The notes under the pieces were generated by a model. The model was not told the origin of the DNA. It ran no database searches and saw only the letters and a program-made list of their open reading frames with translations. DNA of 63,236 nt, counting the filler, from Reticulomyxa filosa (lineage: Eukaryota; Protista; Foraminifera), in NCBI GenBank assembly GCA_000512085.1. It is 15 parts of 15 records of this genome, joined end to end, with 100 filler letters (N's around TTAATTAATTAA, not from the genome) between each part and the next. Parts side by side here need not be neighbours in the genome. Positions count along the whole stretch, not along the records: positions 1 to 1,931 come from ASPP01000962.1; positions 2,032 to 6,797 come from ASPP01005210.1; positions 6,898 to 9,464 come from ASPP01019778.1; positions 9,565 to 10,623 come from ASPP01034876.1; positions 10,724 to 12,234 come from ASPP01004391.1; positions 12,335 to 14,947 come from ASPP01025079.1; 9 more parts are not named here. One strand, written 5' to 3'. Of this stretch, positions 1 to 12,379 are shown piece after piece (the first letter of the stretch is position 1; the number at the start of each line of letters is the position of its first letter). The position numbers were made by a program, and so were the translations under genes.

Positions 1-61
1 CAAACCAATCAAAAATAGAGATCATCACTTCAAAAGTCAAACCAATCAAATACATATAAAG

Positions 62-1120
62 TATATAGTGGCGAAAGCAGTGAATACATGGGATATCAAG
101 CGCAAGCCAATTATTATGGGTTTTTGACGAGTGCACAGCATCCAAATGCTCGGTTTCAGAGATTGCTGACGGCACGAACTCAAGACGATTTAGCGGAATA
201 CATTCCAACGTTCCAAGCTAAAAGATACCCGTACTCGAAGCGATATGGTCCAGTAAACAAGGCGGATAGTATTTTGAAGCTGTTTCAATCTTCAGCCAAT
301 CAGCCGAGTGAACAAGTCATCGTTATCATTGATCCCGATAACTGGATTCTTAAGGATATCTCGCCATGGGTGAAACAGGTCGCACCTGGACATGCACTCG
401 GCGAAGCTGCTTGGTTTTATGGAAGCTCTGCTGTCACTTCGTTGTGGAAGGAGGTGTGTTTGCAAAATTGCGATTGGCCATTGGATTTAGTTGGAGTCCC
501 TTATCTTGTGCATCGCGAAGATTTAAAGAAGATTGCACCTTGGTTTCGTAAGTATATCATGATCATGAAAGAAAGGGAGGAAACAGATCCAAGCTTTGCA
601 AAAAAATATGAAGTATTATTTGTTATATATCTTCTTTTTTTTTTTTTTAAAAAAATAATTTGTATAATGCGTACATTTGCTGACATAGCATATCCAAATG
701 GGCTGGGGCACAGAGATGTTTGGATATATATTTGCAGCGGCGCATGTAGGAATAAAACATGAAGTGGTTTGGGGAATTCAAATTCGTGATGTTAGTCCTC
801 GTCCACAAACGCCGAAAGATGAAAAAGCGTTTGCGATGATCCACATGGGGAGAGCTTGGTTTCCTCGAGATTATGAACCAGGTAAACAATGGTGGCACAC
901 CGAAGGGCGTGCATTTCGAAATTTTGGAGCACAGGTGTGGTGCAAGTGCAATTGGACTGCAAGCGATATCATCCCTTGGCCCATACCTGAAGGCACTGAT
1001 TTTCAATCTAGACACACTTTGTATTTATTGCATGAATCGAGAATGTATTTTGGAGAAATTCCTAAAAAGACTAAATTTCGTCAAACAGGGCCAAATGGAT
1101 ATCATTCTGCAATGGGATAA
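62..1120 (+). CDS. Hydroxyproline O-arabinosyltransferase / peptidyl-serine alpha-galactosyltransferase (HPAT/SGT1-like) glycosyltransferase, catalytic part (exons 62-612, 689-1120)
   Basis: Motifs YGPVNK, IIDPD (DxD), VGVPYLVH..DLKKIAPW and W-x-x-EMFGYIFAAAHVGI match my recollection of the family. Phase-0 intron 613-688 (GT..AG, 76 nt) joins ORFs 88..762 and 698..1120 (KKYE|HIQMGWGTEM). Confidence 0.8.
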
Positions 1121-1931
1121 ATCTTATTTATAACAAATAAAATATTTATGATATCAATTCCAAAAAAAAATGTTTCACACAAACACACAGCAATAAAGAA
1201 CAAAAACCATATGACACAATATCACAAGAGAAAAATATTTCTACAATTCGAATATGACAACTGCTTTCTTACAATTACTTAACGGTTTGATTTTTGTTTT
1301 CATTACTTTTTGGATTTTCACAAAGTGTCAATGATCGATCTGCTTGATATAGCAAAAAGTTGATATCATTTGTTGACAACAGTTTAGAAGTACATTTGTT
1401 TCATTTCACACAAATATTTAAAAAATGTATTCGTCAATTTTGAACTGATAACTTCTTCATATTAAACTCACTTTATATATTTTAACTATATTATATTGTT
1501 TGTCTCAAAAAAATAAAATATTATATTTATTATTTAATACTTAATTAATAAAAGTTTATTTTTAAAAAATACTGTTAAATAGATTTGATATATTAGTTTT
1601 AACATATTAAATAATAAAAATAATTCAGTACAAAATGACGTTTAGTAACTATATTGGAGTAGACATAAATTGCACAATACGAAAGATGCTAGATAGTGGA
1701 TTAACGGACGACATTATGAAGAAAGCAAAGAATAAGTTTTATTACATAATTCAAGTATGCAACAAAACGAAGAAAAGAATATTGATGAAATCAAATTTGA
1801 AAATATGTACGCAAGTTAGACAATAATTTATTGTACGAATAAGCTACTTGTAGTCACTTAAATCAAATACAAAGACATCAAATTAGCAACATACAGTAAG
1901 ATAAAAAAGAAAGTTGACACATAAAATGCCA

Positions 1932-2031
1932 NNNNNNNNNNNNNNNNNNNNNNNNNNNNNNNNNNNNNNNNNNNNTTAATTAATTAANNNNNNNNNNNNN
2001 NNNNNNNNNNNNNNNNNNNNNNNNNNNNNNN
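1932..2031. other. Artificial contig linker (first of 14)
   Basis: N44-TTAATTAATTAA-N44 (stops in all six frames). It recurs at 6798, 9465, 10624, 12235, 14948, 21947, 30511, 32416, 39724, 42286, 49251, 54889 and 58113. Adjacency across linkers is not biological. Confidence 0.98.
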
Positions 2032-2325
2032 AAAACAACAAAACGAAACAATATACATGATGACTATGGTTTCTTAACGATATGGTCAACAACAAGGGGA
2101 TATCGAGCAGCTGATTTCTCATTGTTCAGTGAACGCATTCAACATATAATTATTTCAAAGTACAAGATGGATTATTCTTTAACTCAAATGTTAAAAGAAA
2201 TTCGAGCAAATACTATGAAAAAAAGTGATGGATGGTATTGTGTACAAAGTGAAGACACTACTGATTATGACATTGTTTTTCAACAAAGAAGCACAGCTTT
2301 TTTAAGAGAACTTAAGCGATTGTGA
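2032..2325 (+). CDS. C-terminal (p10-like) part of a caspase-fold peptidase C14, 5' truncated by contig edge
   Basis: Frame is open from the contig edge. HDDYGFLTIWSTTRGYRAADFSLFSE..IISKYK..QML.EIR..GWYCVQSEDTTDYDIVF aligns residue by residue with the C-terminus of the caspase at 43565-44566. Confidence 0.85.
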   Translation, partial: KTTKRNNIHDDYGFLTIWSTTRGYRAADFSLFSERIQHIIISKYKMDYSLTQMLKEIRANTMKKSDGWYCVQSEDTTDYDIVFQQRSTAFLRELKRL

Positions 2326-2780
2326 GACTGTTTTATTGTTCACTTCTAAAAGGTTGGAAACATACAAGCCAAATTAACCACTTCTTTTGTTGTGATTCAC
2401 AATTAATTTCTTACATTCCTGTTTTGTATCGAATAAAAACTCTTTGAAAAAAATATTTCAGACACACCAATTTTAATTAAAAATTATTATTTTATCAGTT
2501 CTACCTTGTTTTCGGTTTTTGTACGGACAAATAGATATTATATGAACAAACAGTGATAGCCTTAAATCTGTTCCCTTTTGCCACTACAAAAAAAAACTGA
2601 AAAAGTAAATGTATTTGTATGCTACTATTGCTGGACTGACTCAACAAAAAATATGATAAGCTTACCAAAAAATTATGTTACTTAATTAAGATTAACATAA
2701 AAAAAGCAAAACGCATTGATCAGTGACGACTACAAAACGCTTATTGTTGATAATAAGATTTTTTGTCAACGAGCAAATTA

Positions 2781-5700
2781 TTATATAGAATTTCTACTAC
2801 TGCTAAGAGACCATTTATAGATGGCTTCACCCGTACGGATACAATATCCAACATTGTCACTTCGCAAATGACAATTTCTTGCGTCAATTTGAACTGGAAG
2901 ATAGGGCCATTTTTTTGCAATCTCTGGAACCTTTTCCACACGAGGAAAATTTTCGCGTTGAGATTTTTTGTTAATACCGTATAAATGCTCCATCATTTTT
3001 TTGCTTTCACTATTTCTCAATTTGGTTGCTTCTTTGATATAATCTTTTAACCATATCTTATGTTTGTTGGTGTTAGAAGTATTCAATTGAAAATACGCAA
3101 GTAAATATGGTTGTATCACTTCACAATTATTTTTAAACTTCTTGCGATGAAATTTACTATATGGAACTTGATTTTCCACTCGCACCAAAATAGAGTCAGA
3201 TATTTTACATAAACTTAAATATATACAATGATCTTTATGACCGACCATCAAGCTTATTTCAGAACATTCATTGGATAACCCTGGTTTTAAGTTTGTTAAA
3301 CGATTCACCACATTATAACTCCAAATATTAATTAATTCTGGGCATTCGGTCGGCAGTGTTATAGTTGTGATGTAGTCCCAATATGTTGTCAATTGCACTT
3401 GCAGTTCTTCCATAACCTTTTTATACACTTGTTTAAAATTTGTTTCCTCTGGTAATACTATTTGTTCTCCACGCCATTTTAATTGAATACATAGTTTAAA
3501 CAACGAAAATATTCGATAAATTAGGAATTGGCTTGGACACCACCCTTCATTAGATCTCTCTTTTTTGGATAAGTTATGTTTGTCCAATACTTCCTCTAAA
3601 TTTTTCGGATTCTTTCCCAACAAGAACGCTGCTCCTTCTAGCAGCAATATCCCATAAGTTTTAGTATTATTTTTTTTTTTAACACCATCTTCATCAATTA
3701 ATTTGTCTTTGACGTAATCAATGGCATATTCAATTTGTTTCATTGGATATGCGGCTCGTCTCTCCAATAATAATTTGCATATGTCTATTATTATTTTTTT
3801 TTTAACTTTATCTTTCTCTTTACTAATCTGTTTTATGATACACTCAAGAGGTGCTTGCAAGATCTTCGCATTGAAAGCTCCTTCTCTAACATCAATTCTC
3901 GCACCTTTTTCAAGGCAATAACTGACGATTTTCCAATGTTTTTCTTGTATTGCTAAAAGCAAAGGTGAGTGCCCATCTTCATTAAATGCATCATTGATGT
4001 TAATACGATTAAATTTCAATGCAGATTCTAACTGTAACATATCACCTGATTGAGCTGCTCCCCAAACAACCTCGTAACGACCTTTGCGTTTTTTTACATT
4101 TGGACGCTTGAAACGAAGATCTAGAATATCATCAAAAGTTTCCCATTTTTGATTTGTTGGAAATTTCCATTCGATGGCCTGTTTGTTGCAACATTGTAAT
4201 AACGCTTTGAAACCATCAGAATTAATAGTAATATTGTCATCATGGAAATTGAATTGAATGCGAGGATTATATGTCAGCAGTCCAAATACCAATACTTCCA
4301 TGTCAATGTCACGCCTATCCTCTATTGCTTTGTTTTTATTCAAAGATTGAATCAGTTGATTCTTTTTTTCTAACGCTTTTATTACAATACGTTTCCACAT
4401 ATTATCTGAAAATCCTGATAATAATTTATTCATAATCGAGTATCCATTTTCTCCGCTTTTCAATCTTTGTAAAACTTTCGTAGCGACTTCATATAATTGT
4501 TCGTCGTTCAATTTACTTGCAAATGTTTCAAGTGTTTCTGCACAGAAAGAATAAATTTTGGTATCTTTGTCATTAAGTCTATGACCAAATTTTTAAATAT
4601 TGTATTCAATTGTTTTTCTTTTAATTTTGATAATATTGTTCGAAGAGTGGTTTCGCATAAATAGCCGATCTCACCATTTTCATCATTGAATCTGTTGATT
4701 AAGCACTCAAATGCATCTCCTAGCTGCTGTATCCAATTTTATTACATATTTCGGAAGTGCCCCGACGCAACTAAAAAAGGTAGATTCATCTTTATCATTG
4801 AGCCCATTGAGCAACTGCGTGATAGTGTTCTTGAATCTTTCTTCCTTAAACTTTGGAATCATTAATTGTCTCGATTGTACAAAATCACGAAAATTTTCAT
4901 TTTTCTCTAATTCCGTTAAGATAGTTTTAAGCGCGTACGTACAGTATTTACGAACAAATATACCACTCATTTCATCATTTAAGGCGTCCATTAAAGCATT
5001 TAAAGCCGTTCTCAATTTTTTTTTACTTACTTTCATTGCCATTTGCCCAAGAGATTCTGCACATGACATACGAACCAATTTATCTTCGTCTTTATTTTTG
5101 AATTTGTTGAGCAGAAGTTTAAAAGCAATATTTAATTGCTTTTGATTTAAGTGCCGTGCAAGATCTCTAATTGATTCTGCACATGAATACTGAACCTTTT
5201 TACATTTGCCATTAAACTTTTTCTGTATATACTTAAATGCAATACTCACTTGTTCTTTTTCTACTAGCATTGCTCGCGTAAAATGTTTTGAATTGCTTGT
5301 GCATACAGATAACGAACACATTTATTTTTCTCTTCGAATGTTTTCCCTATCAAATACGAAAAGAGATCTTTCAATTGTGTTTTACATAATCGTTTTATCA
5401 TTGCTATCAGTAAATCAGCACCTACTTTGCGAATATATTTGCTTTGATCACTTAAAGCATCTTTTACCTTTTCTAAAGCGTTTGGTAACTGTCCTTGATC
5501 CAATCGCATCAAAATGGCATTAAGAGATTTTGCACATAACTGATGAATATACTTATTTTCCCTTCGGTTAATCTATCTATTAAGCATGCGAAAGCAAGAC
5601 TCAATTGTGTTTGACTCCATTTCTTTGAGCGTGTTCCAAACCATTTTGCACAGTGATAGCGTGTATTTTCATCGTTATGTTTCAATCCATCTTTTAAACA

Positions 5701-6797
5701 TTGAAGAAAATAATCTAATTGTTCTTTATTCAAGTTTTTTGATATTGATTCTAATGCTTTCACACAATTCATATCATTAATTCTATTCATTAGATTTCTA
5801 AGAACTCCATCTAAAACTTTTCCTTCAAATCTTATGTGTGTTGTTCCTAACACTCTTGCAAATGTCTGACGAATGGTTTGATCTTTATGATTCAATCCAT
5901 TTTTCAATTCTTGAAAGGAATCTTCTTTCAAGTGTTTTAAGATCACTTCGTATGAATTTGTTAATTGCACATTTTCATTACGTGTATTACTTAGCTCAAG
6001 TAATTTTTCGTGTGCTTCCTTCAAGTATTTTTTACCCAATTGCACTGCTATTATAGCAAGTGATTTTGCACATAACTCAATCGATCGTTTGTTTTTACTT
6101 ATTTCTTCCATAAAAAAATCAAATACACCTTTCAATTGTCTTTCACTCAAATTTGATGCTATTTCTCCAAGTGATTTCACGTATACACGGTCATCATGTG
6201 TGGTCAATCCATGTAACAAAAATGTTAAGACTTTCTCCAATTTCTCTTCTTTCAATTTCGACGATATTACTCTGTGTGATTCCATACATACGCGTTGAAT
6301 AAACTCACATTTAAAGCTTGATATGAAACATTCTACGAGCATATCCGAATTTTCTTCAGAAATACACAGATATGGCAATATATAGAATCTATCCATTATC
6401 AATGTCTTACGTTTATCATTTTTATTGATATTTTTCTGTGATTCTATCTCGTTTTTACAATCCATAAAATAAGAGTCAATATATTTTCGGATATCTGTAT
6501 GGCCAAGAACATACTGTAAATTGGGTAAATGCATTTCCATTATCTTATCCAATGGTTTGTCTACAATTCGCTCGTATCTCGAGCAGTCACCAGGGTTTAT
6601 CCATACTTCGAGCCATGGTTTGAACAATCCAATGAGTGTTTTGTGATAACCCTTTAGTTGAGGTGAAAGAAATTTACTTTCTGTATCTGCTTTGCAAGCA
6701 TCCAAACAGCGTATATGTAACATTATTTGGTGAATTGGAACCATTTGAGATGGTAAAGATTGTAATTGTTTCCAAAAATATAATAAACCAGATCCTG
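2781..6797 (-). pseudogene. Frameshifted HEAT-repeat + ankyrin + putative CE-clan cysteine protease gene, 5' truncated
   Basis: ORFs 5509..6744, 5264..5512, 4707..5321 and 2781..4511 continue one ~41-aa HEAT-like array (L..GL.D.D..VR..CA.SL) across frameshifts near 5560, 5280, 4725 and 4585. Ankyrin motif DGHSPLLLAIQEKHWKIVSYCLEKGA. C-terminal H..N..Q-x5-C. No introns are needed. Confidence 0.75.
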
Positions 6798-6897
6798 NNN
6801 NNNNNNNNNNNNNNNNNNNNNNNNNNNNNNNNNNNNNNNNNTTAATTAATTAANNNNNNNNNNNNNNNNNNNNNNNNNNNNNNNNNNNNNNNNNNNN

Positions 6898-7084
6898 TTT
6901 TTTTTTTTTTTTTTGCTTGTGAAGTTTCGTTTGCATAAATCCTTTTCTTTATTTCTTTTTTTTTTTCTTTTGCTCTTGCAGTTTCATGCACAGGGACCCT
7001 TTCGTCTGTTTTTTCGTTTTCATTTTGTTTTTTTCTTTTATCCTCCTTTCTTGGAGTTTCTTTTTTTACTGTTTGATTGTCCAT
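6898..7084 (-). CDS. Lys/Glu-rich N-terminal fragment of an unknown protein (3' truncated)
   Basis: ATG-initiated ORF running into a poly-A tract and the contig edge. No domain recognised. Confidence 0.3.
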
Positions 7085-8133
7085 GATTTGACTTTTTCTA
7101 CTTAATTGTTATGAAAAATTAGGAGAAAGGAATGTTTACAATTTTTTAGAATGTTTTTTTTTTTTAAGAGTCTTTTAAAGTTTTTTAAACCTAAAATTTT
7201 GTCAAGTTGAATATCCATAATTTATTATTTTTTTGGGTTGGTTATTTCCACTTGGTCGATGTCGAGTTAATATTACATCTTTCAAACGACAGAAAAAATA
7301 TTTTTGAAAAATGTCGCATTTATGTTTTTTGTAGATTAGAGTGGTATCGGTGTATCCACTTAATTTTTAAATGATAACAAAATTCTGCAATTTGTTGTGC
7401 CTTTGAGAGAAAGGAAAAGCTTCATTTTGTATCGAAGTATAGTTTTATTTGTCAAGGCCGTGCTTCTGAAAAGAATTACTTTTTATTCAATTTAAGATCT
7501 GCTATTTACTTGGAAAAAAATTGAAATGTATCTACTTGAAATACATCAGCATTGCAACAGGAGAAGTGAAAAATGGCAAATTGTTCAAATCATTTTCCTT
7601 TAATTCTTTCGCGCCAATGTAATTTGTTTCAAATATCTGCAACATTTACTTCACACAAATTTTTTCTTTATCTCAAGTAATTGCATCAATCTTATGTTTG
7701 GTGATGATACACAATTCTTATTCTCAGATAATTTTGAAAAGATAATGCTGTTGTTTTGAAAAAACAAAATCAGTTATTTTAATCTTGTTTATAGATTTTT
7801 TGAGAGCACAGAATCGAGGAGTTACTACTTTATTTTCTTATCTATATTTACTACGGTCAAGAGAAAGGACCTTTTTTTTTTTTTTTTTTTTTGCAACGTC
7901 AAGGTTTATGGAATTGTACCTTATCTTTTATTTTTCCTCCAACGAGAAAAAAAAAATACAAAATTATCCAATACTTTGTATACGTGACAAAGCAGTCTTT
8001 TTTTTTTTGGGTGAGATAAGTATCATCGACAAACGCATGTCTATCTGGATTCGAAGATGAAGCAGAATAAATTAAAAAAAATTTTATTTGGAAAATGACA
8101 TCGTTTGTTGAGGCTGAGGTTTTTCATTTTCCG

Positions 8134-8715
8134 TTATGACAGCAATTGCTTCTTTCGCTTCTTTTTTATTTTCATTTTTATCTGGAAAAGCACAAATATC
8201 ACACAATATTCGCTCAGCTCGTCCCATTCTTTTGATATTCGTGTTTTTCCAATCCTCGTTATTCTATCTAATTCTTTTTTTGTCGGTGTCATTCTCGTCG
8301 ATGAACTTTTCCAACCAATTTGACATGAAGTCTTTTTTTTTTTTTTTTTTGGTCCCCATTTTTTTTTTTGAATATTGAATTGTGAATGTATATATGTCGA
8401 TACTAACAAAAAAAGAACTTTATGATTCTTTGGCCAATCAACGGACCCGCCATGCATTCGAGGCTTTTCTTTTGTCTAAAAAAAGACACCACCCTTTCGA
8501 TTGAATAATGGGCTGTCTTTGGATTAGAACCAAATTTCGATTTCCAGTGAATCCATCTTGTTTGCATCTGAAGTGGCACTGAAACTTAGACATTCTCGCG
8601 TTAGTTGTACTTTCAAGTCTTTGTTAACCACATCTGCTAAACCTATCTTCACAAAGACATTCTTTTTATCTTGCGCCCATAAAAAATTCTGAGTCAATGG
8701 TTTTGCTATTGCCAT
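8134..8715 (-). pseudogene. p23/CS-domain Hsp90 co-chaperone-like, disrupted
   Basis: FLWAQDKKNVFVKIGLADV start is typical of p23. Downstream p23-like pieces (NPKTAHYSIERVV, CQIGW/EKFIDENDTD) lie in shifting frames with stops. Confidence 0.6.
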
Positions 8716-10450
8716 TCTCCCCTTTTTTCAAAATCTAGTTTCCCCTGAATAAAAAATTCTTTATGACCACAAAAAGGACAAGAATACAAGTTATCGTGCA
8801 AAAATGTCAAAAAACGCTGAGTTATTTTTTTAATTGTGAAAACTTCGTTTTAATAAAGTAATCATAGCAAACACCGTAATTTGTATTAAAAAAACTCTAG
8901 TTTTGAAAAAAAAAATGATCATTCGATTTAAAAATTCCATTGATGAAAAGAGATAGTTAGTAGCTGACCATGTACCTTTATCCACATAAAAAGGACAATG
9001 TCATAAAATTTGGAACTAGTTATGACCGTTGCTTCTGTTCGTGTATGCAAAGAGTGAATTCAACGCAAAAAAATTAATGACAAAGTGGTTGCATCGATTT
9101 ACAAAAGTACATCGCCTATACTGCACTCGTGTGAAAAATGTATTTCAAACAAAAATAGAAAAGACATACATTTGAATTTTGAATTGGACAATGACTTGTT
9201 CTCATCTGAGGTATGCGTAAGTGCAGGACTATTTGAAGAATTTAACAGGCCAAGGAACTGTTCATTGGCAAGTCTTCCATTGGAGGGATGCAATGACGCA
9301 TATAAATATAATGACAGCAATAAGTTGGCAGGATTGATTGATCAGTTGAGATTTTTTTTTTGGAAAGGTTGTCTATAAATGTGTCAAGTTTTTTTATTGG
9401 CATGTATTTAAAAAAAATAGAGTAAATGAAGACTTTGATGCAAGAAGCATGACTGATAGCTGGGNNNNNNNNNNNNNNNNNNNNNNNNNNNNNNNNNNNN
9501 NNNNNNNNTTAATTAATTAANNNNNNNNNNNNNNNNNNNNNNNNNNNNNNNNNNNNNNNNNNNNAGATTTGTCATTCCGTATTTGCAAAATTTATTCAAA
9601 TCATCAGTTCAATCTTCTGTTGTTATAATTGTCTGTTCAGGTTCTTGAACATCTTTTGTTTGATTATTACCTTGTTAGACTCATTATTGTACTTACATTG
9701 AATTCTTGGTTTATTTCTTTTGTTTGGAATTGACTGAAGATAAATTTAAAAAATCAATTATACTACATTTTCAAATTATTTTATTGACCAAATTCATAAA
9801 ATGAATGATCAATGTTTGAATATAAAAAATAATGAATAAGTGGGAAAAGGATGACTTCGTCATTGGCTGCGTGTATCGAAAATAAACAATGAAAGACAAG
9901 AATAGTGAAGAAATATACACTACAATTGATAGAAAAGCGAGAATGTTGAAAAATCTGTGGGGTCGATCATCGAATGAAACAAAAGTCGTTGGTGAAGCAA
10001 AGAGCCAAATCCCTACAAAAGAGAGGCAGTTCAAGATAACAGCAATGGCAATGATAATTACTATCTGTCTTCATCGAATGGTAAACAGACGATAAGAACG
10101 AATCATAATACAATAAAATGCAGCAAATGGAAATGATAAACAAGATTTTTTATTTAATGTAAACCAAAAAAGAAAAATAGTGTCCAAGTCAAATCAAAAT
10201 AAATAATCTTTCTTGTCCATAAAGACACAATCTTTTTGTTGTGCAAAAAATAATAGAATAATCAACAAATCCTATTCTTCATCTAACGAAATAACCTCAA
10301 ATTTCAAAATTCATCACTATACATCAATACACAATTATTTGTTTAAAAAAAAACATCTTTATAATTTCTTATCCAAATATTCGTTTTCGAAAAAAAGAAG
10401 GGTTCATCATAAACAAATTTAAAAACAAACAAAAAAAAGATTAATCTAAC

Positions 10451-10623
10451 ATGTCTACTCAAGTCAACAACTACTTTCAAACTTTGCCTGAATTACCCAA
10501 ACCATTCATAGAAGCACAATGTATTTTGTTCAAGGAAGAACTTCTTATTTGTGGAGGCGCTAACACTAACCAATGTTACTCGTATCATACTCTGAAAAAA
10601 CAATACAAATACATCTGCTCTTA
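10451..10623 (+). CDS. Kelch-like beta-propeller protein, N-terminal fragment
   Basis: FQTLPELPKPFIEAQCILFKEELLICGG..NQCYSYHTL follows the Kelch pattern (LP.P....hhhhGG....Y.Y). Truncated by contig edge. Confidence 0.7.
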
Positions 10624-10723
10624 NNNNNNNNNNNNNNNNNNNNNNNNNNNNNNNNNNNNNNNNNNNNTTAATTAATTAANNNNNNNNNNNNNNNNNNNNN
10701 NNNNNNNNNNNNNNNNNNNNNNN

Positions 10724-10795
10724 ATCAATCCATCCCAAATCAATAGAATATAAACTAAGCCAATGTTCTAAAATTATTTTTATTTTTTTTTCATT
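10724..10795 (-). CDS. Exon encoding the W-x-(R/S)...GWID helical motif (propeller-family gene, truncated)
   Basis: Reverse strand reads KIILEHWLSLYSIDLGWID up to the contig edge. The same motif occurs at 12068-12166 and ~31900-31990. Confidence 0.5.
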
Positions 10796-11912
10796 CTATT
10801 TCTTTCCTCCACAATTCATTCGGATAAGGCAACGGTTTTTTTTTACCAATAAAATAAATCATGTAGTAATAAACTACTCTTCCTTACCAGTTGTGGAACT
10901 CCATCAATTGATTGCGCTTCTTTGTTGCCATTCATATTCATTCCTCCACAGAGTTTGTTGATTTCAAGGTAAACATGTCCATCTTTTCTTTGATATTGCT
11001 TTTAAAAAAATTAATACATTTTTAGTCAATGATTTTCATTTTTAAAATAAAAAAAAAATTTTGTACTTTTATCATTGTGACAAAGACATTCGCAAATAAG
11101 TTCTCTTGCTTGATTTTGTTTGATAATTGATATCTTGTGCCAATACTGAAACTAGAAATTGACGTACGCATGATGTTGTCTTTGGCCTTTGCACATTGGC
11201 ATTGTTCTAACTTCCAGTGTTCGCAATAGTCATTGTAAATAAAGTATATACATACATACAACAAAATGCGTATTGTAATGGCTTGTAGTAGTTCAATTGT
11301 TATTTACCTGATGCCTGGAAATATCTTATTTCTTTGTTTAAGTACAACTCGTGTGTTACTTCATTGCTCTCTCTACTGTCTTGGTTTGTGTTATCATTGT
11401 GAATAATATATTGGGAAAGTTAAGATAATAGACGGCTGATGATACCTGCTTTCATTGTCGTTTAATATGATCTTATGTAGTCTTTTAAAAGGGCTTTTCG
11501 AAGTAACAGTTTGAAAAGGATTTGCTGTTGCGTTTCTAACAAAGCCCAAATCTCCAACTTAGGCTAAGAGGCGCTAAAAATTCTTTCAAAATTAGCAAAA
11601 GAACATAAGAGAAAATCTTCTTATTTCTTAGATTAACGAGATTAACCATTTTGCGAGTAGGTGCCTAAACTTTTTATTCTTAAAGACTACTGAAATGTTT
11701 ATTTTAAATTGTTAATACTTTGCAGTAGAAACAAAGCGAGCTTTTTCAAAAGAAAAGGAGTAAAACATATCCCTTGTTTTTCTATCTGCCTATTACTTTT
11801 CATACTAATGCGCAGCAAAAATATTTATTTCACTTGTTCTTCAAATGTAAGCAGCCGATTGATCCTTGCAAGTAAGTGCGAATTGGTCTATGGATCGTCT
11901 GTTTGTGCCAAC

Positions 11913-12166
11913 ATGCCCAAGCTTTGTGGAGGAATGGACCCGAAAAGCCTGGCCCAGGGACCCGACGTCCCAAGTGACACCAGTTCAAAATATTCGGTAA
12001 AGGAAAAAAGTATCAAACATAGCAATTTTCTTTTTTATGTTATCAATAAAAAAACAAAACGAAGTAGTGTGAAGAGGAGACAAATCTAATTTTAGAAAAC
12101 TGGACCCGATCTTTGTCAATTAATTGGGGATGGATTGATGAATTCAATGAGATTATTGCGCAATAT
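11913..12166 (+). CDS. 5' exons (11913/11934-11996, 12068-12166) of a gene carrying the GWIDEFN motif; 3' truncated
   Basis: Phase-0 intron 11997-12067 (71 nt). Exon 2 = CEEETNLILENWTRSLSINWGWIDEFNEIIAQY, followed by a GT donor. Confidence 0.6.
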
Positions 12167-12195
12167 GTTATTTTAAAAAAAATTTATTGTTTACT

Positions 12196-12234
<39 letters not shown>

Positions 12235-12379
12235 NNNNNNNNNNNNNNNNNNNNNNNNNNNNNNNNNNNNNNNNNNNNTTAATTAATTAANNNNNNNNNN
12301 NNNNNNNNNNNNNNNNNNNNNNNNNNNNNNNNNNAAAAAAAAAAAAAAAAAAAAAACAAAAAAACCAAATGCTTAATAA

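Noticed and set aside
1976-1987. Recurring palindromic TTAATTAATTAA as a regulatory repeat or CRISPR-like element
   Set aside because: Always centred in N runs of fixed length; it is an assembly linker.
9771-10140. Hydrophobic minus-strand ORF as a GPCR/membrane protein
   Set aside because: Interrupted by stops, and the hydrophobicity is explained by T-rich composition.
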